Positions 25,201-36,825 of a stretch of 64,000 nt of DNA are shown here, piece after piece. The notes below the pieces were generated by a model. The model was not told the DNA's origin. It worked only from the letters and a program-made list of their open reading frames with translations, and searched no databases. The DNA is taken from positions 2,634,765-2,698,764 of the forward strand of contig MU057801.1 in NCBI GenBank assembly GCA_013265495.1, given 5' to 3'. Position 1 is the first letter of the stretch; every line of letters begins with the position of its first letter. Position numbers and translations under genes: made by a program. The stretch comes from Vicugna vicugna (taxonomy: Eukaryota).

Positions 25201-25756
25201 CTGCGGGGCGCCAACCCAGGGTCACAGGCGCGTCCGCGACCCCTGCTGGGCTGCAGCCCTGCTCCCGTCTGGGCCCTCGGGCCAGGGGCCTGTGGAAAGG
25301 GGCTCGGCCTCTGCCACAGTGGCAGGGCCCCCGCTGCTCCTCTGCTCAGACCTGGTCCCAGACTGGCCTGGGGGCCCTTCCCCACCCAGAGCACATCCAG
25401 CGTCCTCTTGCAGACAAGCCCAGGCAGTTCCCTCGCTGACCTGGGAGCTGGCTCGGCACCAGGGAGGGCTGCCACAGCTCCAGCCTCGCCGGAGTGCCCT
25501 TCAGAAACCCCGGCCGGGGTGTGAGGCCTCCCCCAGGAGCCAGACCACACCCTCAGGGGGCTGGCTGACGTGAGTTTCATTTCTCCAAAGAGAAAGTGAG
25601 ACATCTTGCTGCTGTGTTGCTCCAACACCTGCTTCTGGGAGACACTCGGGTCCTATCAAAGGCTAAGTGCTACGCCCAGAAACGCCCAGGACTCCCAAGA
25701 GTGAAAAGCCCCGCGAAGTCACCCTGCCTGAGCAGAAGATGGGGAGGGACACTCAC

Positions 25757-25931
25757 CGTCCGTCATCCGTCCCCTCCATAAGCAGAAGCAGGTAATCTCG
25801 TCTCTGCCACCTGCTGCTAGAATCAGTAAAATAAATCTTCCTCCCGTCCCGCGTGACTGTAAGATCGTTCACGAAGGACAGCCTCCTGCCCTCGATGGGG
25901 GTCTCAGAGGACAGCAGCTGTTTTACTTCCC
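25757..25931 (-). CDS. APMAP: APMAP exon 6
   Basis: REVKQLLSSETPIEGRRLSFVNDLTVTRDGRKIYFTDSSSRWQRRDYLLLMEGTDDG-type sequence; 175 nt, phases consistent with neighbours. Confidence 0.95.
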
Positions 25932-26875
25932 CTGGGGGGGGGAGGAAAAGGAGAAGGGGAAGAAGAAAGGAGGAGACTGGCTGTCAGTCCAAGAACGTCC
26001 ACCTCAGTAATTCCAAAACCCTGACCAGCCTACGGGATTTAAGAGGAAAAACCACAGCAGGTGTCCCCACGTCCCAGTCAGAAGACGCACCCGTTCTCAC
26101 AGGAACAGTGTTTCCCCTTCTTTCATCTGCAGGTGATGAATTTTTTAACTAAGTTCATTAAAGGCATAATCCTCCAAGATGAGAAATATCTTTTATCAAG
26201 AACAACTGACTCAAAACTCTGTTAAGCGTCTTAGGTTAAAAAGGCAGTTTTCTGTTTGACTGCCTGAGACAAATCTAAAACGTCCCCCTCGTCTGCTTTT
26301 AAATAAAGCGGCAGGAGAGGCAGTGAGTCTTCTCAGGCTGCAGCACGAATGCTCGTGGAGTGCTCAGCTCGTCCTCGGACAGTCTGGCCTGAAGCCACGG
26401 CAGCCCCTACGCAGGCTCCCACCGGCCCACCTCGCGGACGAGGGAGCGGGCACGGCCGGGCTCCGGCACGCGCCACCCGCCAGGGCAACATCCCCCACAC
26501 ACGGCGGAGGTCGGACGTCCAAGTGCAGGTGACGCCACCCCCAGTCAGGGGAGAGGAGCCGGAGAAGCCGGACGAAAGGAAAGGAAAAGGCAGGTGGCGA
26601 GGAAGGAAGAGGGAAGAGCGAGGGGCAGCAGACACGCAGGAGACACACAGGAAAGTCAGGAGGGGAAGGTGAGTTTGACACCCCCAGGATGAGTCCCTGA
26701 GACCCTGCGGCTCGGACCCAGACGCAGGCCCGAGCAGGCCTGCAGGGGCACTCCCAGCAAGTTGGAGAAGCAGTCACCATGGCCCACGCACAGCAAACGC
26801 TGCCAAGCCCAATGAGGCACACGCGGCTCACGGATCTGAGAGCACTGCGGGCGGGGACAGGCTGCCGTCACGTAC

Positions 26876-26992
26876 GCTTCCTGGGGTCCACTTCAAACAG
26901 CCCTTTGTAAGCATCGGCCACAAAAAGGGTCCCGTTGGGCCCGGCCCGGACGCCCAGGGGCCTCCCACACGCAGGCTCGTCGCCTCGGGTTT
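26876..26992 (-). CDS. APMAP: APMAP exon 5
   Basis: KTRGDEPACGRPLGVRAGPNGTLFVADAYKGLFEVDPRK, strictosidine-synthase-like CGRPLG motif; 117 nt. Confidence 0.95.
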
Positions 26993-28060
26993 CTGCGGAG
27001 ACACAAGGACAGGGCTCGGCGGCGGCCCAGGGCTCCGCCAGACCCCCTCGGCGTCCCGCCCCCGCGCCATACTGCAGACAGAGAGCCCACAGCACCAGGT
27101 GGACTCTGGCCCTGGACTCCAGCCCCCAGAGCACAGCACAACTGCCCGACAGGTCGGGAGGGGCCACCCGACAGTCTGGAGGTGGACACAGCACAGCAGC
27201 TGGTACCCAAGGCTGACGTGCACACCAGCACCCTGAGACTCAGTGAACTCAGGGACATCAGCTGACCCAGAACCGACTCCAGAATCCCCCAGGACCTCAG
27301 GAGCTGTGTTTAAGCCCAAAAGCTGGACCTCAGCACTGTGCCCGTCCAGGGCCGTGGCAGTTCCCTCCACCCATCAGGAAGGGAGCGCTGCTGTCTTACT
27401 CCTCGGAGCAATGCTCCTGCCCGACCACCTATCCTTTCTCTACACCCGTCCTACAGCCTCTTGACAGCCGGGCACTCACTGCAGGGCACTTAGGCCAAAA
27501 TAACGGAGTCCAACAATGCCTGTCAAATACCCAAATGCAGAGTATTAACCCCATCTCATAAAACCATTCGTGGATGTGAGTATCCACAAACAGAAAGCTG
27601 AAAAGTCATTCAATAAAACACTGACAACGGTTACATCTGAGAAAACTCCGGGGCATTTTCACTTTCTTCTTTGTGTTGTTCGCATTTCACCATGAAAATG
27701 CATCGTTTTTACAAAAACATGTTAGCTCTCAGAAACGGGTAACTAACAAGTCTGTGGGCTACCCGTTTTTAAACAGTGGGCTTCTGAGTGACCCGTGGGC
27801 GTCTGGCTCTGGAGGAGGGGCTGAGGTTCCGCGGGGCAGCCCCAGGACAAAGCCGAGAGCCTCCTGCAGCAGCTCCGAGGACACAGGCCTTGCGGGGGGA
27901 GGGGCGGCAGGGCCCTGGCCACAGCACGGAGGGGAAACGGCCACCACAGCCGGTGACACTCAGGCAGGCTCTTCTCCTCCAAGGAGAACGCAGCTCCACT
28001 GGCCACCCCGTGCCTTCCTGAACAGCTAGAAGAGACATACACCGGGGGTCACCAACTCAC

Positions 28061-28153
28061 TGCATGGGCCTGAGCCAAATCGGGCGATGGTCTCTACGTC
28101 ACCGCGGTCCAGCTTTACAACCCGGCCATCTGCTGTGCCAGTGAACATCACAT
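28061..28153 (-). CDS. APMAP: APMAP exon 4
   Basis: DVMFTGTADGRVVKLDRGDVETIARFGSGPC; aacag acceptor, gtgag donor; 93 nt. Confidence 0.95.
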
Positions 28154-28654
28154 CTGTTTAAAAACAGGAAGGAACAAGGGTGTTACTGGGTTAGCCTGAA
28201 AACTGGGCTCACACCACCTTCTCTAACAGAGGCAACCGGTTTGTGCTTTTTATCTCCAGGGGAAATGGCAGCTCTGAAGATGAAGGCAAGCCGTGTCTGA
28301 GGACAAAAGTCCTGAACACGCGCAGCAACAACCCCGTGGAGGCGCGGAATCAGCACGGAGCAAGGGCACAGCAGACAGCAGTCAGTGATGCACACAGGGG
28401 TTCTACCCTGAAAGGGGCAGGGGCCCTCGAGCTGACGCTTGGCGCTCGGGGCTGTTCACGTCCTCCTCATGTCAGTGTCTGCTGAGCCAAGTGCACCCAA
28501 CCAGAGGGGAAGAACTGCTGGGCGGGCCCTCGGAGCCACGTCAGAGCAGCCTGAGCGCTCACCTGAGCTGCACAGACAGCAGTGCTGGGACCACCCAGAG
28601 ACTGCGGTGACTCGCAAGCTCATGAAATGCTCCTTGTTTCTAATGTGTGTGGCA

Positions 28655-30635
28655 AACTCCAGGGCCACCACTAACAGAAGTTTTTAAAGTGAGTATACCT
28701 GATATGTTAAGAAAGAAAACAGAATCGTAAGATGCTCAACTGAAACTGCTCAAGTCAGAAAGAGTGGAAGAGAAAGTAAGGAACAAGAAAACAAAGACAA
28801 TGAAAAGAAAACAGTAACAAATATGGCAGACACTAATCCAACCACAGCTGACCCCTGAACAACCTGGGGGCTGAGGTGTCGACCTCTGCACAGTTTGGAA
28901 GTCAGTGTATAACTTTATGGTCAGACCTCACATCCGCGGGTTTCCGCACCTGATTTTAGCAACTGCGAATCAAGTAGTGTGGCAGAACTTATTGAAAAAT
29001 CCCGTGAATAAGTGGGCCCACACAGCTCAAACCTGAGCTATTCAGGGATCAGCTGGGTATCAGTTATCATTTTAAATGTCAATGGTATAAATACCCCAAT
29101 TAAAAGACAGACGGTCAGAGTGCATCAAAAAGCAAGGCCCAACTACAGGCGGCCCACCAGAAACCCTCTTTAAACAGACACACGCAGATCTGAGCTGCAG
29201 GGCTAGAGCAAGCTGCACCGCGCTCACACCAGCCAAGAGGAAGCTGGAGTGCCCTGCTGGCCGCGGGCGGCGCAGAGCAGAGCTAAGGGAACCATCGGGA
29301 AGAAGGGGGCCGGCACTCACGACAAAGCACCAGCTGCGGAGAAGAACCGGCAGCCCAACACGTGTGCGCCTCACAGCAATCACCGAAGAACAGGAGGCAG
29401 AGCTGGCAGAGCCGCAGGAGACGGAGGCGGGGCCCCCAGCAGCGGACAGCTCCCGCAGACGGAGTCGGGAAGGACACCGTGGGACCACCAGCACCATGGG
29501 CTAACTGGACATAACTGTCACCCTTCCACCACCTCATGCCAGCAACAGCGGAACACCTATCCTTCTCAAGCTCACGTGGGACGTTCACCAAGACGGACCA
29601 CGTTCTGTGTCACACACCTTAACAAATTAAAAAAACAGAAATCATACAATGTCTGCTCTCAGACCAAAACGAAATTAAACTAGAAGTCAGAAACAGAAAG
29701 AGCAAGAAAATCCCAAATACTTAGAGATTAAACAACTCACGCTTCTAAATAGCACACAGGTCAAAGAAGAAATCACAAGGGAAATTAGAAAAAGTTCTGA
29801 ACTAAATGAAAATGAAACACAACCTGTCAAAATCTACTGGATGCAGAGAAAGCAGCGCTTAGAGAGGGCGACAGCATCAAAGGCCTGTATCAGAAGAGAA
29901 GACAGACCTCAAACCAATTATCCAAGCTTCCAGGAAAAGACCAGGAAAAGAAAAAGTAACTGAAACCTTAGGTAGGCAGAAGAAAGAAAGAATGAAAATT
30001 AGAGCAGATATCAAATGAAATTGAAAACAAGAAATCAAGAGAGGAAAATCAACAATACTAAAAGCTAGTTCTTTGAAAAGATTGATAAAATACGTCATCT
30101 CCAGACCAGGCTAGCAAAGAAAAAGACAGTCATTACCAGCAGCAGCAATGGAGACGGAACATCGCTACAAACCCCGCAGACGTCAGGAGGATAACGAAAG
30201 CACACCACGAACAAGTGTGTGTCCACAAGTTTGGTACTGGAGATGAAATGGACCAATTCCTTCAGAGACACGATCTGCCAGAACTCATACGAGAAACAGA
30301 CAGCTTGAACAGGTCTACGTCCACTGAAGAAATGAATCAACGGTTACCACCCTCAAGAACAGCACCAGGCCGACAGGCTCACTGACGAGCCGCACCCGAC
30401 GCTTAGGGGAGGGACCGTCTCTCCCAGAGAACAGAAGCAGAGGGAACGCTTTTCAACCCGTTCCACGAAGCCAGCATGGCCCTGGTACCAAACCCAGGTA
30501 AAGTCACTTCAAGGAAACAGACCAGTATCTCTCATGGACGAAGATGCAAAAATCCTCAACAAATCTCCGATCTTTCCCCTCAGTTTGGCTGTGAATCCAA
30601 ACTGCTCTAAAACGTAACATGTGATTAAAATAACT
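28655..30635 (+). mobile_element. Ancient L1M fragment (inter-ORF region, endonuclease and part of ORF2) in APMAP intron 3, antisense to the gene
   Basis: ttaaatgtcaatggtataaataccccaattaaaagacaga (LNVNG.NTPIKRQ) at about 29072, gatgaaatggaccaattcct, gatgcaaaaatcctcaacaaa (DAKILNK); multiply disrupted. Confidence 0.85.
28845..29055. mobile_element. MER8/Tigger-like DNA transposon inserted into the L1
   Basis: Terminal inverted repeats CAGCTGACCCCTGAA ... TTCAGGGATCAGCTG (14/15 match); 211 bp. Confidence 0.8.
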
Positions 30636-31715
30636 CAAGGATGTTCATGGGTGATCCTCCCCCAGAATCCCGAGGTAAGCGCATCCCTCCACCGTCAGCC
30701 ACGTGCAGCCCCCCCACCCCCACCCGAGGCAGCAGCCGTCACGCCGCAGTAGGGAACCAGAAATGTCACCAGGAGGACATGCAGCTCCTTTAGGAGAGAA
30801 AAGGGAGCCTGAGGACAGAGCAGGATGAGACTCCAGGCCAAGTGGGAAAGACAAGAAAAGCATTCTCGGGGAGATCTTCTTTTAAAAAGATCACTTTAAG
30901 TCTCAAAGTTCCAGTTTTAAATATCAATACTGAATTTTTTTTAGCAAAACACACAATTGGGAAAATAATAAACATCAACGTCTCTTTAAGAGAAACGCGA
31001 AGCTCTGGAATGATGTGCCCATCCCCCGTGGGCAACTCTGACTCTGCCAGACAAACAGCAACGGCCACTGCAGCGCGGCCCCCACCTGCCGAGAACAACA
31101 GGACCACTCTCGCTGCAGGGCCTCGGCCTCGAGGGCAAAGTGCTGGGAGGCCCTCCCGCCACTCAGGTCCAGAGCCTGTCCGTTGACTGCTCTTACGACC
31201 CCTCCGCTCACGTCGCATCCTCACAGGCAGAGAAGGCCTGTTCCAGGTGCCGCAGACTCCAGAATTAGAACCAGACCCTATTCTGGTTCTTAGGTTTGGG
31301 CACCTGAAGCAGATGGTTACCCTTAAATGTACCCACCGAAGTGAGCTTTAAGAAAAACAGAAATATTGAGGAATAGTTCCTGTTCTTTTCACAGGTGAAA
31401 TCTACACAGAGACAGTCTGAGCAAGAAAACAAGGTCTCGTCAAGCACCCCCTGCCCAGCTCTGACAAGTGAACCAAACATCAGCGTCGGCGTTTTTCTCT
31501 CTCCTCTCGTCTTAAAGGGCCCAACAATCTGAGCAGAAGAAAGTGCTCCAGAGACGTGAACTCAGAATCACCCAGCACTGAAACAGCCTGCAACTCGGAG
31601 AGGCGAGCGGCCCCACGGCGAGTCTGCTGGACAAACACGCACGTCCACAGCCAGGAAGCCTGCCCGGGCCTCCCCACTCGGGCAAGTCAGCTCGAGGTCC
31701 CAGGCCTCTACTTAC

Positions 31716-31831
31716 CCCCGATATTTGCTATAGACTCCGGCCCAACAAGCTGGTTTTCAAACAGCCGTTCCGCCTGTCGCAACCTTGTGTTTGCTTGCAG
31801 AACACCGAGCAAGAGAGGGGGTTCTTTGAAG
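31716..31831 (-). CDS. APMAP: APMAP exon 3
   Basis: FKEPPLLLGVLQANTRLRQAERLFENQLVGPESIANIG; ttccag acceptor, gtaag donor; 116 nt. Confidence 0.95.
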
Positions 31832-32103
31832 CTGGAAAAGAACGCAATTATAGGGATCTGTCTGTAAAAACACATAAAGAAAGTATTTACTAAGGACCTA
31901 CAAGGACCTACATGCAGACTCCCCGTTCGTTAATAAGTCGGGCACATTCCCGTAACATCCTTAGTTGCCAGAAGCACAAGTTCAGGAAAAAAACTTCCCG
32001 AGCTACCGAAAAGGTCACAGCACAAAACAGGACTGAAAACAGAAATGCGGCTAATGCCACTGAGAGCACCAGGCCCACCTGTCCAGTTGCTCACACCCTC
32101 TGG

Positions 32104-32270
32104 TTCACACCCCGGTACCTCCTCTCCCACTGGCCCATTCACACCCGGTACCTCCTCTCCCACTGGCCCGTTCACACCCCGGTACCTCCTCTCCCACTGG
32201 CCCGTTCACACCCCGGTACCTCCTCACCCACTGGCTTGTTCACACCCCGGTACCTCCTCTCTCACTGGCC
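32104..32270. repeat. 34-bp minisatellite, 5 copies
   Basis: Unit TTCACACCCCGGTACCTCCTCTCCCACTGGCCCG starting at 32104, 32138, 32171, 32205 and 32239; APMAP intron 2. Confidence 0.93.
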
Positions 32271-34036
32271 ACTCCAGTCCAGCTGACATGGAGGGAGAGG
32301 CGTGGACACTTCTGGCTCCAGAGAAGAGAGAAGGTACCATGGCTCCATCATCCCACATGGGCAATCCTGCCTCCTGCCTGTCACCCTCCCTCTGGGGCCT
32401 GGACCCCCTCCCCTCACGCAGAAGCGGCTCCAGGAGCTCATCACTCTCCATCCACAGGCAAATGGAGGCGGGGGTTGGGGGGTGACTAAGACCCACAGCC
32501 CTCCTGGTGCCCCCGCTCCCCAAGGGCTGTCAGCAACTGCGTACCGACCTGCTCTGGAGGAGCCCTCGCCCCGGCCTGTCTGTTCTGATCCCCCAGATGG
32601 CCTGGAGATGGACCCCCAAGGAGGCACTCCCACCAGCCGCACCCAGCCTGCCCCCACATCGTCCACCCCGGCCAGCAGGGTTGGCAGGCCCCGCCATGCT
32701 GCTGTGGGGAGACTGCAGCACTGGCCCCAGCCAGTGGGCCCCCTCCCTTGCTCTTTCTGCTCTGATGGGAGTTTTAAAGAAGGCCTTTCCGCTGCCGACA
32801 GCAGCACTCTCCTCACACCTCAGCTCGTGTCTGTTCTCACGCTGCCTGCCAGTCCTCTGCCTCCATTCTGGGTCTCAGGTCGCGGGAGAGGCCCGTCGGC
32901 CACACCAGTTCCCTGGGCTCCTCCTCACAGCAGATGGGCTGGCTCTGCAGGACCACCGATCCTCCGCAGCCCCCGCCCCGCCCTAGCCTGTCAGGACTTC
33001 ACACCCACCTTCTGCCTGAATTTCGTCACCCCTTCACTGAGACCAAAGGTCTTCGGTCACGAAGACCCAGCCCTCCCCGCCCTACCTGATACTTACCTGT
33101 CCGCCACCCTACCATTCCCCTCCTCCCAAGACCAGCTCCCCAGCCCAGGTGTTGACCTGCAGCTGGGGACGCAATTCACACTCCCACTTGCTGGCTGGGT
33201 CACCCAGAAAGGTCAGCTGGTACTTGGGGTAGGCTGAGCTGCATCCTTCTCCACGCTGGGGGACGGCTGGAGAGGGGCCCCTCGCAGAGGACACCCACAC
33301 ACCATCCACCACGAACCTTCACTTTCACTTACGAAATACCAGCACATGTTCAGTTGTACATGTTATACTGCCTCCACACTGAGGCAGGGTTCTTATCTGA
33401 AGTGTGACATGGGCCAACTCAGAGGAGGCTGCAGACTGCGTCGCCACCTGGGCAGTTTCAAAGGAAACAGGAACTTACTGAACCAGACTGCACAGCCCTG
33501 ATGTCATAAATCCTCACACCAAAGAGAGCCTGGCTCTTCACGACTGTAAGTACAAATGTGGATACACTCCTGCCCCCGAGCTGCACAGTATCGTCTCAGT
33601 CCCGGGGGCTGTACGTTCCCACAGACCCCACTGATGAGGGGCAACTTGGGAGGAAGAGAACACTAATTACAAGGTTTTAAACATCAGTCACCATAAAAAG
33701 TAAACAAGGCAACTGGAACTCAACCGCCACCTGTGTGTGCTTCTGCTACTCCGAAGGAGCTCGGGCTAACCCTCTCTAACGCTCAGGCTTCTCTTGTTTG
33801 GGGCTTCTCCGGGTTTTGCTTTGGGTTGTAGCTTTGTCCTTGAAACACTAACATGGAAAATACTGGGCATGTGTAACATCAAACAAGGCACTGAAGAAAT
33901 CACAAACCTCTATTTCTCATGGTAACTTACCTTTCAGACCAGGCTGGTTTATTACTCGAGAAGCTGTTTCAGCTGGTTTATTCTATTTTGTTGGGCAGCC
34001 CCAACCCGCCCGGCCCAGGACAGTGGGGCAGCTCAC

Positions 34037-34153
34037 CTGAGGGGCTGTGGGTCTATGGGGGAGTCCAGCAGCATCACGGCTACAAGCAGGGGGGCCAGCA
34101 GGGACACAGCCAGCATCAGGAAGGTGGCTCGGAACACTCTGCCACTGAAGGAG
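34037..34153 (-). CDS. APMAP: APMAP exon 2 (transmembrane signal anchor)
   Basis: cag|C...AG|gtgag; SFSGRVFRATFLMLAVSLLAPLLVAVMLLDSPIDPQPL; 117 nt. Confidence 0.95.
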
Positions 34154-35219
34154 CTGCCGGGACAAAGTACACGAGGCGTCAGCAGGGCTCAGGCGGACTG
34201 GCCACGGTCTCAGCCCTCCTGCCCAGCCTCCCCCACCATGACCTCAGTGACAGGGACGATCAGCACTGTTTGCTAGGATGGCAAACATCCCCTTGTTCTT
34301 TTTCAATTGTCCAGCTTGTGGGCCACTCTTATCCGTTACTTTCCAGGTGGGATGATAAGCCGTACGCGATCCTCAAGCAAAGGTTAAATGCGGGCAAACC
34401 AAGGACCACTGGGCACAAACTAATGATGAGAGAGCTGCGCTGCAAGAAAGGAGCCTGCCCTCCCCACCATGGGAAGAGGTGGCTCTCCGCCACCACCTCC
34501 TGCTGCCACCTGGCCCAGAGCAGCAGCACTCAGAACCTGTGCCCCCAGGTCCCGGGTTTTGTGGATGAAAAAGGCAGAGACAAATTCATGAAGGAGATGG
34601 AAGCAGCGCAGCCTGAGCGCCCCCCGACCACTCTGGGCATCACACAGCTAACAGCTGAAAAGGCGACTACGGCTCTTCAGACACTGACAGTTAAAGAACC
34701 TACAACATCACACCCCAGGTCATCACTGCTACAGCCGCAGGAAGATCCAAAAATGTGCCGGGAACCTCACGCGAAGCGTGTGGACACAGGGCCGACGGTC
34801 CTCACACACGTCATCACCCACCCAGCGGACAAGGAGCCCTGCAGCCTCTTGCTACGAAGCGCGCTGTACAGGATCACTGTGTACTTGCATTAAGTGTATC
34901 CACATTTACCACACACTTGAAATAAGATTAACTTACAGCAAATTAAAATCATGAGCTCCTATGGTGGAAAATCTTTCTTTATCAAAAAAAATCAGGACTC
35001 ACGCATAAAAAACCAACTTAACTTAGGGCAGTGTTTCATTTGACTTTTGACAGGATGGTATCAATGCAGATTGTAGAAACGAGGGGGCCTGGGGCCAGCC
35101 CCAACTTACCCAAGCACAACCATGCCACTTCAAAGGAGCTCCTGCACCCCAAAGCCCACTGAGGATCGGGGCTTGGGGCAGGGTAGTCTCAAAGTCCTGC
35201 CCACTTCTGAACATGTATG

Positions 35220-35388
35220 ATTTTTTAATTTTATTACTTTTTGTTAAAGTATAGTTGATTGGCAACGTTGTGTTAGTTTCTGGTGTCCCACAGAGGGACT
35301 ATTCTTGCTCATGTCTTTCTCACTGCAGGTGATTACATCTATCGCACAGTTCCCTGTGCTGCACGGGAGGCCCTTGTCATTCATCTAG
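35220..35388 (-). mobile_element. L1 3'-terminal fragment
   Basis: T-rich tail then aagtatagttgatt..caa.gttgtgttagtttctggtgt...agttccctgtgct, similar to the 466-619 insert. Confidence 0.65.
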
Positions 35389-35799
35389 GAGCTCACAGTC
35401 TTTAGGAGTAAAGCAAGCAGTCATGGAGCAGCAACGTGTCCGAAGCAGCAGCGAAGCACAGAGGAACTGCCCAGAGAAGCCCGGGACAGCTTCACGAGGA
35501 GCTCCATAATTCATCATTTCAGCTCTCTGGTAAATTACCAAAATGCTAATGAAAAAATGAAAGCATGATCTTTTGAATCTAAGATGTGTTTCCATCAACT
35601 TCTCCTGTTCCCTCTTGTCTTCACCCCAACTGCATACAAGCAAATGCTACTGTCCTGCTAAGCATTGTTGAGACCAGAACACACATGATTTTAATAAACA
35701 AATAAAGCAGAAAATAAATCATTCTGCTTCCACTGGGGGTAGCTGGAAACGACAGAGTGCACCCTGCACGTGGGTAGCACGACTGAAGTGCCTGAATCC

Positions 35800-36085
35800 C
35801 AAGTCAGTCTGAGTGGGAGGGACAGGCTGTTCCTAGGGCTGCTGGGTGGCAGGCGGCCCTGCTGACACCTGGACTTCAGCACAGTGAGACTGGGTGCGAC
35901 TTCTGACCCAGATCTGTAAGACGATCTGCTCGCGTTGTTGATGCTGAGTGTGTGGTCCTTTGTCATGACAGGCACAGACTGACACAGGTTTCTAACTAAA
36001 TCCGGTACCAGGAATGAGGTGCTGCTCTAACAAATACCTAAAAATGAAGCAGCTTTGGAATCGAGCTGTGGGCAGAGCCAAAGGC
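35800..36085 (+). mobile_element. MLT1 (MaLR) LTR 3' part plus start of internal sequence
   Basis: gccctgctgacacctggacttcag...gacttctgacc...tgtggt..tttgtcat.acag then ggtaccagga...ctaacaaatacctaaaaatg. Confidence 0.65.
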
Positions 36086-36539
36086 AGCCTGAGAGGTCTG
36101 TGGTGAGGGCCCCGAAGAGGGTGACATGCAGCAAGCTCCCCGCGGGTCAGCAGGTGGGACCCTGGCCTCTGTGGATGGCCAGGAAGCAGGCAGAGGCACA
36201 GTGGCCATTGCCCGGCCCACGGCCAGAGGGCCAGGTCTCACCCAAGCCCGTGGGTGCCATCAGCATCACCGCCTGCGAAGGACGGGGGATGGGAGAGGAC
36301 GCCCAGACCAGGAGCCCTCAGAGTCAGGCTCTGAAACACTCCGCAAAGCGAATGTGATTCTCTCTTCTGGATGTTTCGGGTAAGCGGAACCAACGTGTGG
36401 GACCTCGGCAAGCCGCCCCCTCATTCAGCGTCGTGTCCGGGCTCACCGAGCTGCAGCGCGCCAGCACCTCCTTCCCTCCATGGCACAGCTCCACACACGT
36501 GTATCCACTCATCTGCTGCCGGACGTCTGGGTGGGAGCA

Positions 36540-36825
36540 GGACGGGGGTGACTACTTAAGGGGAACAACGTGTTTCCTAGGGTGATGAGAAAATTCTGAC
36601 ACCAGAGAGAGTGGTGGTTGCCAGACACTGAACACCACAGACTGTGTGCTCTAAGGTGCTTAATCTTCTGTGACTCTCGTCTCAAAAAACGTTAACAGTG
36701 ATGGAAATGCCAAAGTAGACTGTGGCGACTGTTGCAGATCTCTCTGAATATGTTAAAAACCCTAAACTGCACATCCTAAACGGTGAATGATAGTACATGA
36801 ATTACATCTCAACAAAGATGTCAAA
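36540..36825 (+). mobile_element. Old L1M 3' UTR fragments
   Basis: ggtgatgagaaaattct...gtggtggttgc and ggtgaatga.agtacatgaattacatctcaacaaag motifs. Confidence 0.6.

Noticed and set aside
32302..33237. 311-aa Pro-rich ORF (likewise 62022-62942, 59972-60805, 15625-16380, 21055-21828)
   Set aside because: Low-complexity P/G/R/A composition expected in GC-rich non-coding DNA; no family resemblance
33919..34893. 324-aa plus-strand ORF
   Set aside because: Antisense to APMAP exon 2 and its flanking introns; no recognisable domain
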